A stretch of 32,000 nucleotides of DNA from Alteromonadaceae bacterium (GCA_014872785.1 WKFJ01000056.1:82794-114793); one strand, 5' to 3'. Numbered from the stretch's first letter, positions 8,556 to 17,596 are shown. Program-made: numbers and translations. The notes: a model not told the origin generated them from the sequence alone.

Positions 8556-9860
8556 ATGAAAAAATTAAGCAGTTGCCTTGGGCAACATGTGGATGTGGCT
8601 GTACACAGCCCAAAAGATAAAACCTTCAAGAAAAGCGCTCACCAGACGTTATCACTCCCGTTTGACCTATCTGAGCCACTTGCTGCGTTGTTGCAGCACG
8701 TCACCCTTATCAATACGTCATTTCAGATCAAAGCCGACCCTGATTGCGCCGAAAAAGACGCCGCGCAGATCTTTTATAACGACATTAATTTGCTCAATAC
8801 CGTTATGACTGAATTGTCCAAATCTGAATGTGTCGCGTTTGTAGCGAAATACGTGGAGCAGGAAATAGACCGCTTAGGCGAGACTATCCGCAAAGAAGAG
8901 GGATACCTCATAAAAGCGTTTATGGCCAATAAAGTCTTTGCTGAGTCGATTGAACGTTACTTAGAGACGAAAGGTTACGCGGCAAGTTGCAATATTCAAC
9001 GAGGCACTTTGTTTGTCTCTGACAATCTGGTCATTAATTCTGGGATAACTCGCAATACAACGTTAACGACCGGGCTTTTTAATGCACTGCGCATGACGCC
9101 AGACAATGCAGACGTGCTTCGCTATGAGCAGATGTACAACAAAGCCCCGCAGCGTCATTTTGAGGCGGGCATTTGGTTGGATAAACAAGGTGACACCCCC
9201 TACACTGATGCGTTTAGCGCCATCTTGCTCGGCATGTTGCGTAACTTTGTTTCGTTCATGCACAAAAACCTTGGTAGTGATATTGTCGCCCCTGGGCTCG
9301 TAGAGGCCATTGAGGAACAATACGAGAAACAAGTGGCGCACATTGACACGCGGTACCACGTTGACACGCTAGATAAAACGACGGTCATGACATGGCCTGC
9401 GATTAAAAACAGCCAGGCATACCAAGAGATTGAACTGTTGGGGCTCGGTCAAGCAGCGAAGGATGCGTTTTACGAACGAGAATTAAGCTACGTGGTGCTC
9501 AATGAGTTGAAAAGTCTACTTGGTGCTATCGACACGTCTTTGTTTGATGCCTATCAGTTAGAAAAGGATGCACAGAGACACGGTTATGTCTCTGAGACGT
9601 ATTGCGACAGTGTGCCTCTTCCCAATGCTAAAGTAAGAGCTGCGCTTTTGACGCTTCAATCGCAGATAGCCTCTCCTGAGAGTCTATTTAATTACTTTTT
9701 TGATGCACAGCAGCTGAAAATCAAAATTGCCTGCGATGCTCGGTACGACAGTGAACACGATATCTTCACCCATCCACGCCAGTACCTCGATATCGTTGCT
9801 GGGGCGAAAATGCCCATCGCCAATGCCTCGCAAGTGCTTCGATTCACCTTTGAAGATTAG
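8556..9860 (+). CDS. hypothetical protein (434 aa), first gene of a three-gene operon
   Basis: Long uninterrupted ORF. The next gene starts 9 nt after its stop. No catalytic motif recognised. Confidence 0.7.
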   Translation: MKKLSSCLGQHVDVAVHSPKDKTFKKSAHQTLSLPFDLSEPLAALLQHVTLINTSFQIKADPDCAEKDAAQIFYNDINLLNTVMTELSKSECVAFVAKYVEQEIDRLGETIRKEEGYLIKAFMANKVFAESIERYLETKGYAASCNIQRGTLFVSDNLVINSGITRNTTLTTGLFNALRMTPDNADVLRYEQMYNKAPQRHFEAGIWLDKQGDTPYTDAFSAILLGMLRNFVSFMHKNLGSDIVAPGLVEAIEEQYEKQVAHIDTRYHVDTLDKTTVMTWPAIKNSQAYQEIELLGLGQAAKDAFYERELSYVVLNELKSLLGAIDTSLFDAYQLEKDAQRHGYVSETYCDSVPLPNAKVRAALLTLQSQIASPESLFNYFFDAQQLKIKIACDARYDSEHDIFTHPRQYLDIVAGAKMPIANASQVLRFTFED

Positions 9861-9868
9861 GAGAAAAC

Positions 9869-10156
9869 ATGAACGCACAGGCAACCGAATTGAGGTCAGA
9901 GTCTGCAATAAAGCGGAAATTGTCAGATTGGTTAGGGGAATTTCTCAGCCGCAGTCGACAAGCAGGAAAGCGCCATAACAGACACAGTGTCGCGCAAATG
10001 TTAGGGATCACCGATTCCTGTCTAAGTCAGTACACGAACCCAAGTAACAGCAAAAAAGCGCCTTGGGAATTTCAGGTCAAAATGTGTTTTTTGGTGGGGA
10101 AAAGTATTATTGAACTCCATCCAGAATTGAATGAGATCCGCATTCAGCATTTCTGA
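9869..10156 (+). CDS. XRE/Cro-like helix-turn-helix protein
   Basis: AGGAG RBS sits over the stop of the upstream gene. HTH-like segment HSVAQMLGITDSCLSQYTN. Confidence 0.6.
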   Translation: MNAQATELRSESAIKRKLSDWLGEFLSRSRQAGKRHNRHSVAQMLGITDSCLSQYTNPSNSKKAPWEFQVKMCFLVGKSIIELHPELNEIRIQHF

Positions 10157-10235
10157 TCTGATTGGGCTGGCCAGCAATCCGTTATTGCCGGTCGGCTCAC
10201 TACTTAATGAGCGATGTTATCAGGAGAAGCGTGCC

Positions 10236-11063
10236 ATGGTGTTATTAGAAAAGGGTCTGCCTAAGTATTTGTATAAGTATCGTTGTTTTGAGGATGACCA
10301 TATCGACGCCCTGACTCGTCACACTATCTATTTTTCACGGGGACGGGAGTTTAATGATCCGTTTGATGCGTGCAAAGATGTTCCAATGATATTAAGTGAC
10401 AGAGAATACGCGGTGAAGTTTTACCAGAAACGAAACCCTAAGAGTTATGCCGATTATCTGAAACGCTTTGGCAGTAAGCAGGCAACCGACGATGCCCTTT
10501 TTAGGACGCTGCAAAATAGCCAGCACGATCACAAAGACATCATCAATGGTGTACTTCAACGGTTAGAATCGTCTTACATTCTCAGTCTATCGACCTCCGC
10601 GACCAATCACCTTTTATGGTCGCATTATGGTGGCTGGCACAGTGGATTTTGTATTCGCTTCAAAACGCAGGCACTGATTGATTCGATGAATATAGAATGT
10701 GCGGGCCCTGTAACATACACAGATGAACCAATTAATCTGTTTAAATTCATGTGTGACGGCCAAGATGATTACGTTAACGAAGCAAGGAGACTGGTTAATC
10801 GCAAATCGATTGCCTGGGAATATGAGCGAGAATATCGATTGATCCACAATCGATTTGCAAACAGTCTCTCTGCAGACGGCTCTATCGCGTGCACCTATCC
10901 AAAAGATTGCGTAGACGCTATTTTCTTTGGCATTCGCACTTGCGAACAGAAGAAACGTGAGCTGTTTGAAATCTATGAAAATCAGGTCATCTACAAAGAA
11001 GTTAGACAAAAACAAGCCAGTTATGAGTTAACCGTTTCAACAGACCGATACCAACCAACCTAA
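10236..11063 (+). CDS. DUF2971-family protein
   Basis: LYKYRCFEDDHIDALTRHTIYFSRGREFNDPFD matches the DUF2971 N-terminal signature (lYkYr ... lyFs....fNDPfE). A later WEYEREYRLI block is also present. Start is set at ATG 10236, which has AGGAG 9 nt upstream; the ORF track begins earlier at 10131. Confidence 0.75.
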   Translation: MVLLEKGLPKYLYKYRCFEDDHIDALTRHTIYFSRGREFNDPFDACKDVPMILSDREYAVKFYQKRNPKSYADYLKRFGSKQATDDALFRTLQNSQHDHKDIINGVLQRLESSYILSLSTSATNHLLWSHYGGWHSGFCIRFKTQALIDSMNIECAGPVTYTDEPINLFKFMCDGQDDYVNEARRLVNRKSIAWEYEREYRLIHNRFANSLSADGSIACTYPKDCVDAIFFGIRTCEQKKRELFEIYENQVIYKEVRQKQASYELTVSTDRYQPT

Positions 11064-11166
11064 ACCGATGAACACCACATCACAGCCGGACTAAAAAGAG
11101 TACTCGCGCATGGTTAGTAATGAGTATAATATTGCTCCATTATAATGCAATTAAGGATGCTGCCCC

Positions 11167-11361
11167 GTGGATCCTGAAGATATGGCGTACATTACTATCG
11201 ACAAAACAGGCTATGTGGATGGTATTTGCTTTTCCAGTGACCCCAAGGCTCTTGAATGGTTGACCCAACAAGAGAACGCGGGCTATCAGGTTCAATATGT
11301 CACCAAAGAATACGGAAAGTCGGTGTTGTTTACCACGCTTACGACTTGGATTACTGCATAG
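11167..11361 (+). CDS. small hypothetical protein (59-64 aa)
   Basis: AAGGA lies upstream of GTG 11167, with an alternative ATG at 11182. An antisense ORF of similar size exists, so coding status is uncertain. Confidence 0.35.
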   Translation: MDPEDMAYITIDKTGYVDGICFSSDPKALEWLTQQENAGYQVQYVTKEYGKSVLFTTLTTWITA

Positions 11362-11530
11362 TAACAACTATCCGTACTTACTCATTGATAATGTTTGTAT
11401 CCGCACAGTTATCTGTTTAGGATGAGGAACGTTTTGAACCTCATTGCAAACCTCAACACCAGGTAGTCGATATCAACAATGGCTTGCCTACATGGTAAGA
11501 GGCAAATACTTAAAATAATAACCTTTGACT

Positions 11531-13162
11531 ATGAAAAATACCTTGCCGTTACTGTCTTTTCGTAAACTTCTTTTGGTGACTTTTACTTTGTGTCTTGTGG
11601 GCTGTCAAAGCACTAACAAGCAAGGTGCAAGCGGCAGTGATATATCCATTGGCTATGTACCCAATGCAACGACATACTACGCGAAGATATCTAAGACAAA
11701 CGAATTACTGTCCGTAAGTAATAAGCGGAGCAAGCTTGGTAAAGGGCAAGAATTTATTCTCGTCTCAGGCAACAGATATCGTCCGGATTACCAGTACAGT
11801 ACTGAGAATAAGTTTAACTGTCGCCCCGATGAGGCTAAGAAGAAATACAGGATCTGCCAAAGCCGCTTCGTGGACGATGGTCTGGTAGCGAACTGGTGGG
11901 CACAAGCTGCACTTGGCGCTGCTACAGGCGGATTGACCATCGGTCTACTGGCACTTGGGGAGCTATCAGATGCTATCGGTGAAGATGACGATACAAGCGA
12001 TAGAGATGGGCTGGTGTTATTTAACCCTGACACGTTTATCGCTATCGTTGAATCCTCGGGATTGCACGCTCATATGCAAGCGGCACTGCCACTACAAAAT
12101 TTAAAAAATGAAGTAGAACGAGATATTAAAAATCGATTTGGCGCATCTCAACGGTTTGGTAAGCAAAACTACATTCATTACGTCAAAGGCCGCTCAGAAG
12201 ACCCAACAAACAAAAAACGACATAACTCATTTTTCCAATCAGAAATGGCATCACTTCGCAATCAACATAAAGCGAGCGTGAAGCGGTTTGAGTTGGCAGC
12301 TAAGAGAAAAGCCGAGGCGTCGGCCAAAATGGCCAGCGCTAAGACCATTTTAGATCAGTACCGAGTGGCAAGCGTGATTTCCAGTGAATATCTACCGACA
12401 TATGCCAAGGCAATCAAAGACGGCATTTACTTCACTAAACGTGATATTACGGTCGCATACAACGAAAGTGAATGCGGTAAAAAAACGTTTTTCGGGAAGT
12501 CCTGCAATAACAAAACGTACGCGGGAAAAATTCTTAAAAACGACATTGTGTATGTCAGCGGCAATTATGTTCGCACGTTGCACACATACAAAGCAGGCAG
12601 AAAATCACCTAGTATAAATGCTGGCAAATACGGCGAAGCTTATGGGAATTACCGCCCATATTTGAAAGAAAACAGAGTGAGCTTTGACAAGGTATTTTCT
12701 AAGTATAGTCCGTCTCGTTTTGCCTCGACTTATCATCCCACTAAACTTGTAGACCAACGCAGCAGCTGGGAAGGTGGTCTTTTTGGATTTATCGAGAAAA
12801 ACCCACTCGCATCAATTGTCATTGGCGCGGCGGCATATAAAGTGGGGGAATGGGCTACAACACCCTCCCCTTCATATTCTAGCAATAGCTACTCTAGCAA
12901 CAGCTCAAGCACTGAGGATTCAAACGCTGCACCATCTGAGGTAACCTTCGAGATAAAAGAACATCACGATGTAGGCGGCTATTCGAGTCTTTGGGTGGAC
13001 TGCTCAAATGGAAAAGAAGGGCGCATTTATTACCAGCACGACCGAAAAAATCGAAAAAAGTGGATGGTAAACCGATTTTTAGGTGTAGATACGTCCCATG
13101 AGACAAAAGAGGAAGCAGCTAGAACAGGATGTGGCCCGGCGCCCTACGGCTTTGTAGATTAA
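11531..13162 (+). CDS. large lipoprotein of unknown function
   Basis: Lipobox in LLLVTFTLCLVGCQS. Also a coiled-coil-like Lys/Ala-rich middle, a Ser-rich linker (SYSSNSYSSNSSS) and a C-terminal Cys-containing module. Confidence 0.75.
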   Translation: MKNTLPLLSFRKLLLVTFTLCLVGCQSTNKQGASGSDISIGYVPNATTYYAKISKTNELLSVSNKRSKLGKGQEFILVSGNRYRPDYQYSTENKFNCRPDEAKKKYRICQSRFVDDGLVANWWAQAALGAATGGLTIGLLALGELSDAIGEDDDTSDRDGLVLFNPDTFIAIVESSGLHAHMQAALPLQNLKNEVERDIKNRFGASQRFGKQNYIHYVKGRSEDPTNKKRHNSFFQSEMASLRNQHKASVKRFELAAKRKAEASAKMASAKTILDQYRVASVISSEYLPTYAKAIKDGIYFTKRDITVAYNESECGKKTFFGKSCNNKTYAGKILKNDIVYVSGNYVRTLHTYKAGRKSPSINAGKYGEAYGNYRPYLKENRVSFDKVFSKYSPSRFASTYHPTKLVDQRSSWEGGLFGFIEKNPLASIVIGAAAYKVGEWATTPSPSYSSNSYSSNSSSTEDSNAAPSEVTFEIKEHHDVGGYSSLWVDCSNGKEGRIYYQHDRKNRKKWMVNRFLGVDTSHETKEEAARTGCGPAPYGFVD

Positions 13163-13245
13163 TATTGGGATTACTGTTGGGCGTTAATTAATTTTCATCA
13201 ACATATTAATGAATCATCATAGCTAAAGATTCATCTTTAGTTATA

Positions 13246-13277
13246 TTAATGCTAATGTATGCGTACAATAGCATTAA
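13246..13277. repeat. 32-bp hairpin repeat E1 (TTAATGCTAATGTATGCGTACAATAGCATTAA)
   Basis: 9-bp perfect arms TTAATGCTA/TAGCATTAA. Identical to E2 at 28/32 positions. Lies 13 bp upstream of ATG 13290. Confidence 0.7.
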
Positions 13278-13289
13278 TTGAGTGTAGCA

Positions 13290-13754
13290 ATGACTGATCG
13301 TATTGATAAAGTGAGAACACGCTATTTCAATGAATTCGCGTACCCACAAAAAAGCTTTAGAGCAGAATATTTAGCAGAAATATCGAACTTCGATATCGCT
13401 AATTGGGATGCACCAAAGAGAGCAGCAAGACTTAGCGCTGCTGTAAAGAACTATAAAACCTCAGAAATGCTAGTTTTCCTACTTTCATTACCAGATATTG
13501 AAGAGATAGATTTGACCCCTACGGTAGTTAAGAAGTTATTTAAGAACTGGTTTAACCGGACTGGTTCACAAAAAGGTATAGTGGCTCTTTTTGGCGTGAA
13601 GGGGCGCATAAAAAAGAGCGAGAATTCTTCGGAGCAATTTATTATTAAGTACGCGGATAAGCACCGTAGGTCGGCAGATAGACACTGGCAGAAATGCCTG
13701 AACAGCATTGACATTATAAAAAAAGAGTATCGGTCTGCTGTCGATTCTAAGTAG
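13290..13754 (+). CDS. hypothetical basic protein (154 aa) flanked by hairpin repeats
   Basis: ORF with ATG at 13290 (TTG at 13278 is also possible). Lys/Arg-rich. No motif recognised. Confidence 0.6.
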   Translation: MTDRIDKVRTRYFNEFAYPQKSFRAEYLAEISNFDIANWDAPKRAARLSAAVKNYKTSEMLVFLLSLPDIEEIDLTPTVVKKLFKNWFNRTGSQKGIVALFGVKGRIKKSENSSEQFIIKYADKHRRSADRHWQKCLNSIDIIKKEYRSAVDSK

Positions 13755-13760
13755 TGCATA

Positions 13761-13792
13761 TTAGTGCTAATGGATGCATACATTAGCATTAA
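13761..13792. repeat. 32-bp hairpin repeat E2 (TTAGTGCTAATGGATGCATACATTAGCATTAA)
   Basis: 12-bp arms with one mismatch. Begins 7 bp after the stop codon of the 13290-13754 gene. Both copies are preceded by ATAT. Confidence 0.7.
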
Positions 13793-13970
13793 TAGTAATG
13801 TGAAAGAGTTAACGATGGCAATTGAGCAAGTTAAGATGATACTTTGTTATTCTTGTTATATCTGCCTGCCGAAGAATAATACTTTCAGAGTTGTTTATGT
13901 CACAACTTTGTTCTTATAAAACAATTACATTAACCTTTGTAAATAACCTGCCGCAAGTTCGCACTCGATA

Positions 13971-14219
13971 TCAGTAATTATTGTTTTTTGGGTATGTGCT
14001 TCGTTGGATTTTCCAGCCCCAACGAGCAATAATTGCTGTTGCGGCCAATTGCAGAAACAGCGTTGTAACGTAAATACCAATACCGAACTTTTCAATGATT
14101 AGCATTTTGGCGTTGAGCCCTATATCAGCTAAAGATGCAATGATATTTGCAATGCAAAACAAGCATGCAAGCCAAAGCACAATCGAAAAAATATTTATGT
14201 CTTTACCAAATAGCTTCAT
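13971..14219 (-). CDS. small membrane protein (82 aa, 2-3 TM)
   Basis: GGGGAG RBS 7 nt upstream. Hydrophobic segments IFSIVLWLACLFCIANIIASL and GIGIYVTTLFLQLAATAII. Confidence 0.6.
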   Translation of the reverse strand: MKLFGKDINIFSIVLWLACLFCIANIIASLADIGLNAKMLIIEKFGIGIYVTTLFLQLAATAIIARWGWKIQRSTYPKNNNY

Positions 14220-14270
14220 ATCATGCTCCCCATACTCGCTTTTAAGGCCGAACCGGATTAATCGGCCAAC

Positions 14271-14507
14271 CTATTTCTCTTTTACTTGAGCTGGAAATCT
14301 TCGGTTAAGAAACATTCCAAGAAATGCTGTTACTATACCGACAAAACAACTTCCCAACATACCTGTAAACGTGGGTTCCTTTCCGAAAAGAATCCATGAA
14401 ATTAAAATACCACCAAAGACAATTGACACTAAGTATTTAGCAGCGCTAGAAGGTTTCGCGAAAACATCTCTGAGCCATGTCAGATAATTTCTGTTGTCGT
14501 TTTTCAT
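14271..14507 (-). CDS. small membrane protein (78 aa, 2 TM)
   Basis: AAAGGA RBS. Hydrophobic segments YLVSIVFGGILISWILF and GSCFVGIVTAFLGMF. Confidence 0.6.
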   Translation of the reverse strand: MKNDNRNYLTWLRDVFAKPSSAAKYLVSIVFGGILISWILFGKEPTFTGMLGSCFVGIVTAFLGMFLNRRFPAQVKEK

Positions 14508-14519
14508 AATTTCCTTTAT

Positions 14520-14816
14520 CTATAAGTTGTCTTCACATTCATTGACTAACTCAAGTTCATTAGAATCTTTTTCTGTCTCCACTCTCGCGCAAGGTATAGG
14601 GACGTTTGTAACTTCATAATCTTGAGAAAGCTTTGCTGTTTCGACAGTTAGTTTTATTAACTCCGTTTTTCTTTTTAAATCAAAGTCAGATGCCATTTCT
14701 CTCAACTCAACTTCCTGAAGAGCAAGATCAATCGCTTTTGGCATTATGTATTCTTCATACACCGCGACTGTAACGATTACACCAACTATGAGACCGACTA
14801 AATATTTACCGTACAT
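14520..14816 (-). CDS. small N-terminally anchored protein (98 aa)
   Basis: N-terminal TM YLVGLIVGVIVTVAVY followed by an acidic, coiled-coil-like tail. Same strand and tight spacing with its neighbours. Confidence 0.55.
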   Translation of the reverse strand: MYGKYLVGLIVGVIVTVAVYEEYIMPKAIDLALQEVELREMASDFDLKRKTELIKLTVETAKLSQDYEVTNVPIPCARVETEKDSNELELVNECEDNL

Positions 14817-14824
14817 GTCTTGCC

Positions 14825-15067
14825 CTACTTATCCACTTTGCTCAAATCGACTAATACAACAGCCTCTTTCTTGTCTTCAGGGATTAATTTTTTCAGAGCA
14901 GAAACAACTTCTTCACTCGAAGTAGCAGGTTGGAAAACAACCAATGGTTTACCCTCTTTTATTCGCTGTTCTAACAACTTCTGCATGCAAATTTCTGGTC
15001 TATCATCTGCCATGACATTATTCTTAGATACGGTTGATTGGTTGATAAATAGTGACACTAGTAGCAT
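14825..15067 (-). CDS. small hypothetical protein (62-80 aa)
   Basis: ORF in the same-strand array. The start is uncertain (ATG 15067 or the internal MADDRPE). Confidence 0.45.
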   Translation of the reverse strand: MLLVSLFINQSTVSKNNVMADDRPEICMQKLLEQRIKEGKPLVVFQPATSSEEVVSALKKLIPEDKKEAVVLVDLSKVDK

Positions 15068-15075
15068 TAGCAGAC

Positions 15076-15204
15076 CTATGGGAGTGTAATTGTTTCTAAA
15101 TACACATCAAAGTAGTTAATAGTATGCGCAAATAACAGTAACCCTAAAGACGTACCGAAAGCACCTCCGCCTATTAGGCTTAGCATCTTTGGGAATGTTT
15201 TCAT
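15076..15204 (-). CDS. possible 42-aa single-TM peptide (not in the supplied ORF track)
   Basis: Hand translation gives MKTFPKMLSLIGGGAFGTSLGLLLFAHTINYFDVYLETITLP. It fills the gap between neighbouring same-strand ORFs. Confidence 0.35.
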   Translation of the reverse strand: MKTFPKMLSLIGGGAFGTSLGLLLFAHTINYFDVYLETITLP

Positions 15205-15268
15205 TTCGCGATCCACCTATACAAATCTTTTTTCCAACCAATAAAATCAATACTTAGCGCCACAACGT

Positions 15269-15493
15269 TCAGAAATTAAGATCAATGTTTGCAGACTTTT
15301 TCCACGCGTCAAACTTGTCTCTGCTAATAGTGATAATTTCATCTGACTGACTCTTCCTGTATTGAACACAGTTCTCACCAAAGAACTCAAAGATTACGCC
15401 GTGCGTTGACTTTATATGTTCCACAAGCGGGTCTTTTCCTGATTTTTCTATTTCGATAGTTGATGCTTTACTACTGCTCATGTTGTTTCCCAT
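15269..15493 (-). CDS. small hypothetical protein (74-79 aa)
   Basis: ATG 15493 overlaps the stop of the upstream ORF as TAATG, suggesting translational coupling. The ORF track begins at 15508. Confidence 0.5.
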   Translation of the reverse strand: MGNNMSSSKASTIEIEKSGKDPLVEHIKSTHGVIFEFFGENCVQYRKSQSDEIITISRDKFDAWKKSANIDLNF

Positions 15494-15687
15494 TAAGCCC
15501 TTGACCAACTAACCACTTCTTGAGCGGCTTGTTTAGGTGATAAAATTCTGTGCTTTCCATTATGATTTTCGGCGTAGCACTGCTCCACCCAAAACTCTAA
15601 ATCTTCATCGTTGAAATTACTGAATTTCCAAAAATAAAACATGAAAGTAGTTTTCCAGCGAAGTTCGTATAATTCAGTCATAATCAA
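15493..15687 (-). CDS. small hypothetical protein (64 aa)
   Basis: ORF in the same-strand array, Trp/Phe-rich. No motif recognised. Confidence 0.45.
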   Translation of the reverse strand: MIMTELYELRWKTTFMFYFWKFSNFNDEDLEFWVEQCYAENHNGKHRILSPKQAAQEVVSWSRA

Positions 15688-15748
15688 AATATCCCATTCA
15701 GTATTAACACACCTTTTAAATTGGTACTCCGACTTTCCATATCATGAA

Positions 15749-16120
15749 CTAATTTTTAAATTCACCCACACTACGTGCGTAATCTTCTATAGAAAAAACC
15801 TTTAGTTCAGAACCTTTATAGAACTTGATTAACGCTCCTAGTGTTTTTGGACCGTAATCTTTTCTGACACATCTCTGATAGTGAAGCCCCCAAAGATAAT
15901 GAGCAATGTAAAAAGTCGCCATAAATGGAAGGATTAACAAATAGCCTAAAAACAACACTGCGATATGCCATTCAGCGCCAGCTAGGCTGATGTTTAATAA
16001 CGGGAACGGCAGCGTGACAATACCAAAACCAGTAAAATATGAAGCTATGGGATCGCTTTGTAAAGCACGTCCTATCCTAGACGATGTCAAGTAATCAAAT
16101 GTCATTTTTGTGTGTCCCAT
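15749..16120 (-). CDS. membrane protein (123 aa, about 3 TM)
   Basis: Hydrophobic segments FTGFGIVTLPFPLLNISLAG and IAVLFLGYLLILPFMATFYIAHYLW. Confidence 0.55.
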   Translation of the reverse strand: MGHTKMTFDYLTSSRIGRALQSDPIASYFTGFGIVTLPFPLLNISLAGAEWHIAVLFLGYLLILPFMATFYIAHYLWGLHYQRCVRKDYGPKTLGALIKFYKGSELKVFSIEDYARSVGEFKN

Positions 16121-16161
16121 TAAACCTATTTTCGTTTAGGTCGTTGTTATTTTCCTACAAG

Positions 16162-16356
16162 TTAAGAAGTAGACCAGCCTAGTTGAATCTCGCGAATATT
16201 CTGATCAACATCAATGCCTCTTAGCTTCTTCGAAGCTTTCATTTCATGATCAAATTCACTTGCTGAAATGTCTCCCCCAATATAATCAAGAATATCTATA
16301 AGCTTATCTGAGTCGACATCGCTATATGACATACCGTAACGCCTTTTGGGGATCAA
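16162..16356 (-). CDS. small acidic hypothetical protein (56-64 aa)
   Basis: ORF in the array. Start is TTG 16356 or ATG 16332. Confidence 0.45.
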   Translation of the reverse strand: MIPKRRYGMSYSDVDSDKLIDILDYIGGDISASEFDHEMKASKKLRGIDVDQNIREIQLGWSTS

Positions 16357-16508
16357 TTCGGTCTCTAGGTTGCAATAAAAACCGAAGTCTAGCGTAATTT
16401 ATTGTTGTTAATTGAGTGCTACGTCCAGTTGAATACTCTTAATTGCTTCTTTCATTTCGTGGTCGCTGTCAGCAATTCTTTTTAACTATTCCAACGGTTC
16501 CATAACCA

Positions 16509-16865
16509 TTATTTCTTTTTACAAGGAAGACTTTCTGACAAAGCAGTTAAAATCTGTGCGGTAGCAGATTGGTGCCGTGTCTGTGGTTTTAGTCTTACAT
16601 TCTTTCTGACGATTTCTAGATATTGTTCGCCGGACATACCGTTGGCAGGACATATTGCGTTTACTACTATCGCCATTTCAGCAACACCGTAGACTAGCCC
16701 CATATACATGCCTACCCCACTATGCACAGTGTCGGGGTCATTAACGAGGCTTTTTTCATATTCGGTTAGATAAACGATAAATCGTTCTCCATCTACGAGC
16801 GCATGACTTTTAGATGCGAATACCAAAGCACACAAAGCAATAATTATTCTCGCTACCTTCAACAT
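16509..16865 (-). CDS. periplasmic Rap1a-like protein (possible T6SS amidase-effector immunity family)
   Basis: GAGGGA RBS upstream of ATG 16865. Signal peptide MLKVARIIIALCALVFASKSHA. The pattern G..YG.....V.NAICPANGMSGEQYLEIVRKNV...P..RH.SA..IL.AL...LPC resembles my recollection of Rap1a-type immunity proteins (C-P ... PC). The family call is tentative. Confidence 0.5.
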   Translation of the reverse strand: MLKVARIIIALCALVFASKSHALVDGERFIVYLTEYEKSLVNDPDTVHSGVGMYMGLVYGVAEMAIVVNAICPANGMSGEQYLEIVRKNVRLKPQTRHQSATAQILTALSESLPCKKK

Positions 16866-16908
16866 TCTTTTTGTTCCCTCTATTGGTCTAATCTTCAATA
16901 CGTTTAAT

Positions 16909-17337
16909 CTATAAAACAAAAACCGAATATACAGAGCTATAAAAACCAAATATAAATAGTAACTGCGCGGTTCTAACACATACTTTTGTACTTCGGTCGT
17001 TCATAGGATTCGTCTGGGCAAAAGAAAGAACATTAATCGTTCCATCGCATTCTAGTCCAGAGTTTCCTTTTGATAGTGAATTTCCATGAAACTCCAGATA
17101 TCGAGCAAAAGATGTCATGGCAAACAATCCTGCAAAAATGGAACATAAATAACTGAACATTCCTACCTTTAGCACCAATAAATCGAACTCGGTAAATTTG
17201 AATTTGCTGAGCAGCAACAAATCGAAAGCCAGCGCGGCCACCGCAATGGTGATAAAAGCTTTATACACGTCTAAGTGAACCGTTGTGAGCTTGCTAGCCA
17301 CTTCCTTACTTATGTCAGATAATTCATACGTTGTCAT
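16909..17337 (-). CDS. membrane protein (142 aa, about 4 TM)
   Basis: GAGGAG RBS upstream of ATG 17337 (MTTYELSD). Several hydrophobic segments. Confidence 0.55.
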   Translation of the reverse strand: MTTYELSDISKEVASKLTTVHLDVYKAFITIAVAALAFDLLLLSKFKFTEFDLLVLKVGMFSYLCSIFAGLFAMTSFARYLEFHGNSLSKGNSGLECDGTINVLSFAQTNPMNDRSTKVCVRTAQLLFIFGFYSSVYSVFVL

Positions 17338-17413
17338 ACAGTCTCTCCTCAGATACTCGCCAATTAGCATTTATACTTTTGTTAGTCGCATGTTTCATGT
17401 AAATAAACACACA

Positions 17414-17433
17414 ATAAGCAAACTATTGCTTAT
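17414..17433. promoter_or_regulatory. perfect palindrome ATAAGCAA-ACTA-TTGCTTAT, candidate operator
   Basis: 8-bp perfect inverted arms with a 4-bp spacer, in the 260-bp divergent intergenic region between the 17337 (-) and 17597 (+) starts. Confidence 0.4.
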
Positions 17434-17596
17434 CTTTATCTTTAGCCTACTAGCATTTATCGTTCGCACTACTATATCGCGTTCATTTGATTGTTAGGAT
17501 TACGGTAAGAAGGTCAAGCGGCAATTTGCAAACTAAGAAATTAAACTACTATCATACCTAAAATATAAAAATCCTTATTTAGATGTTGGGGAGCTT

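Noticed and set aside
11140-11367. Minus-strand 75-aa ORF overlapping the 64-aa plus-strand ORF.
   Set aside because: Neither is strongly supported. I kept the plus-strand one at low confidence because it has an upstream AAGGA. The minus-strand ORF has no visible RBS.
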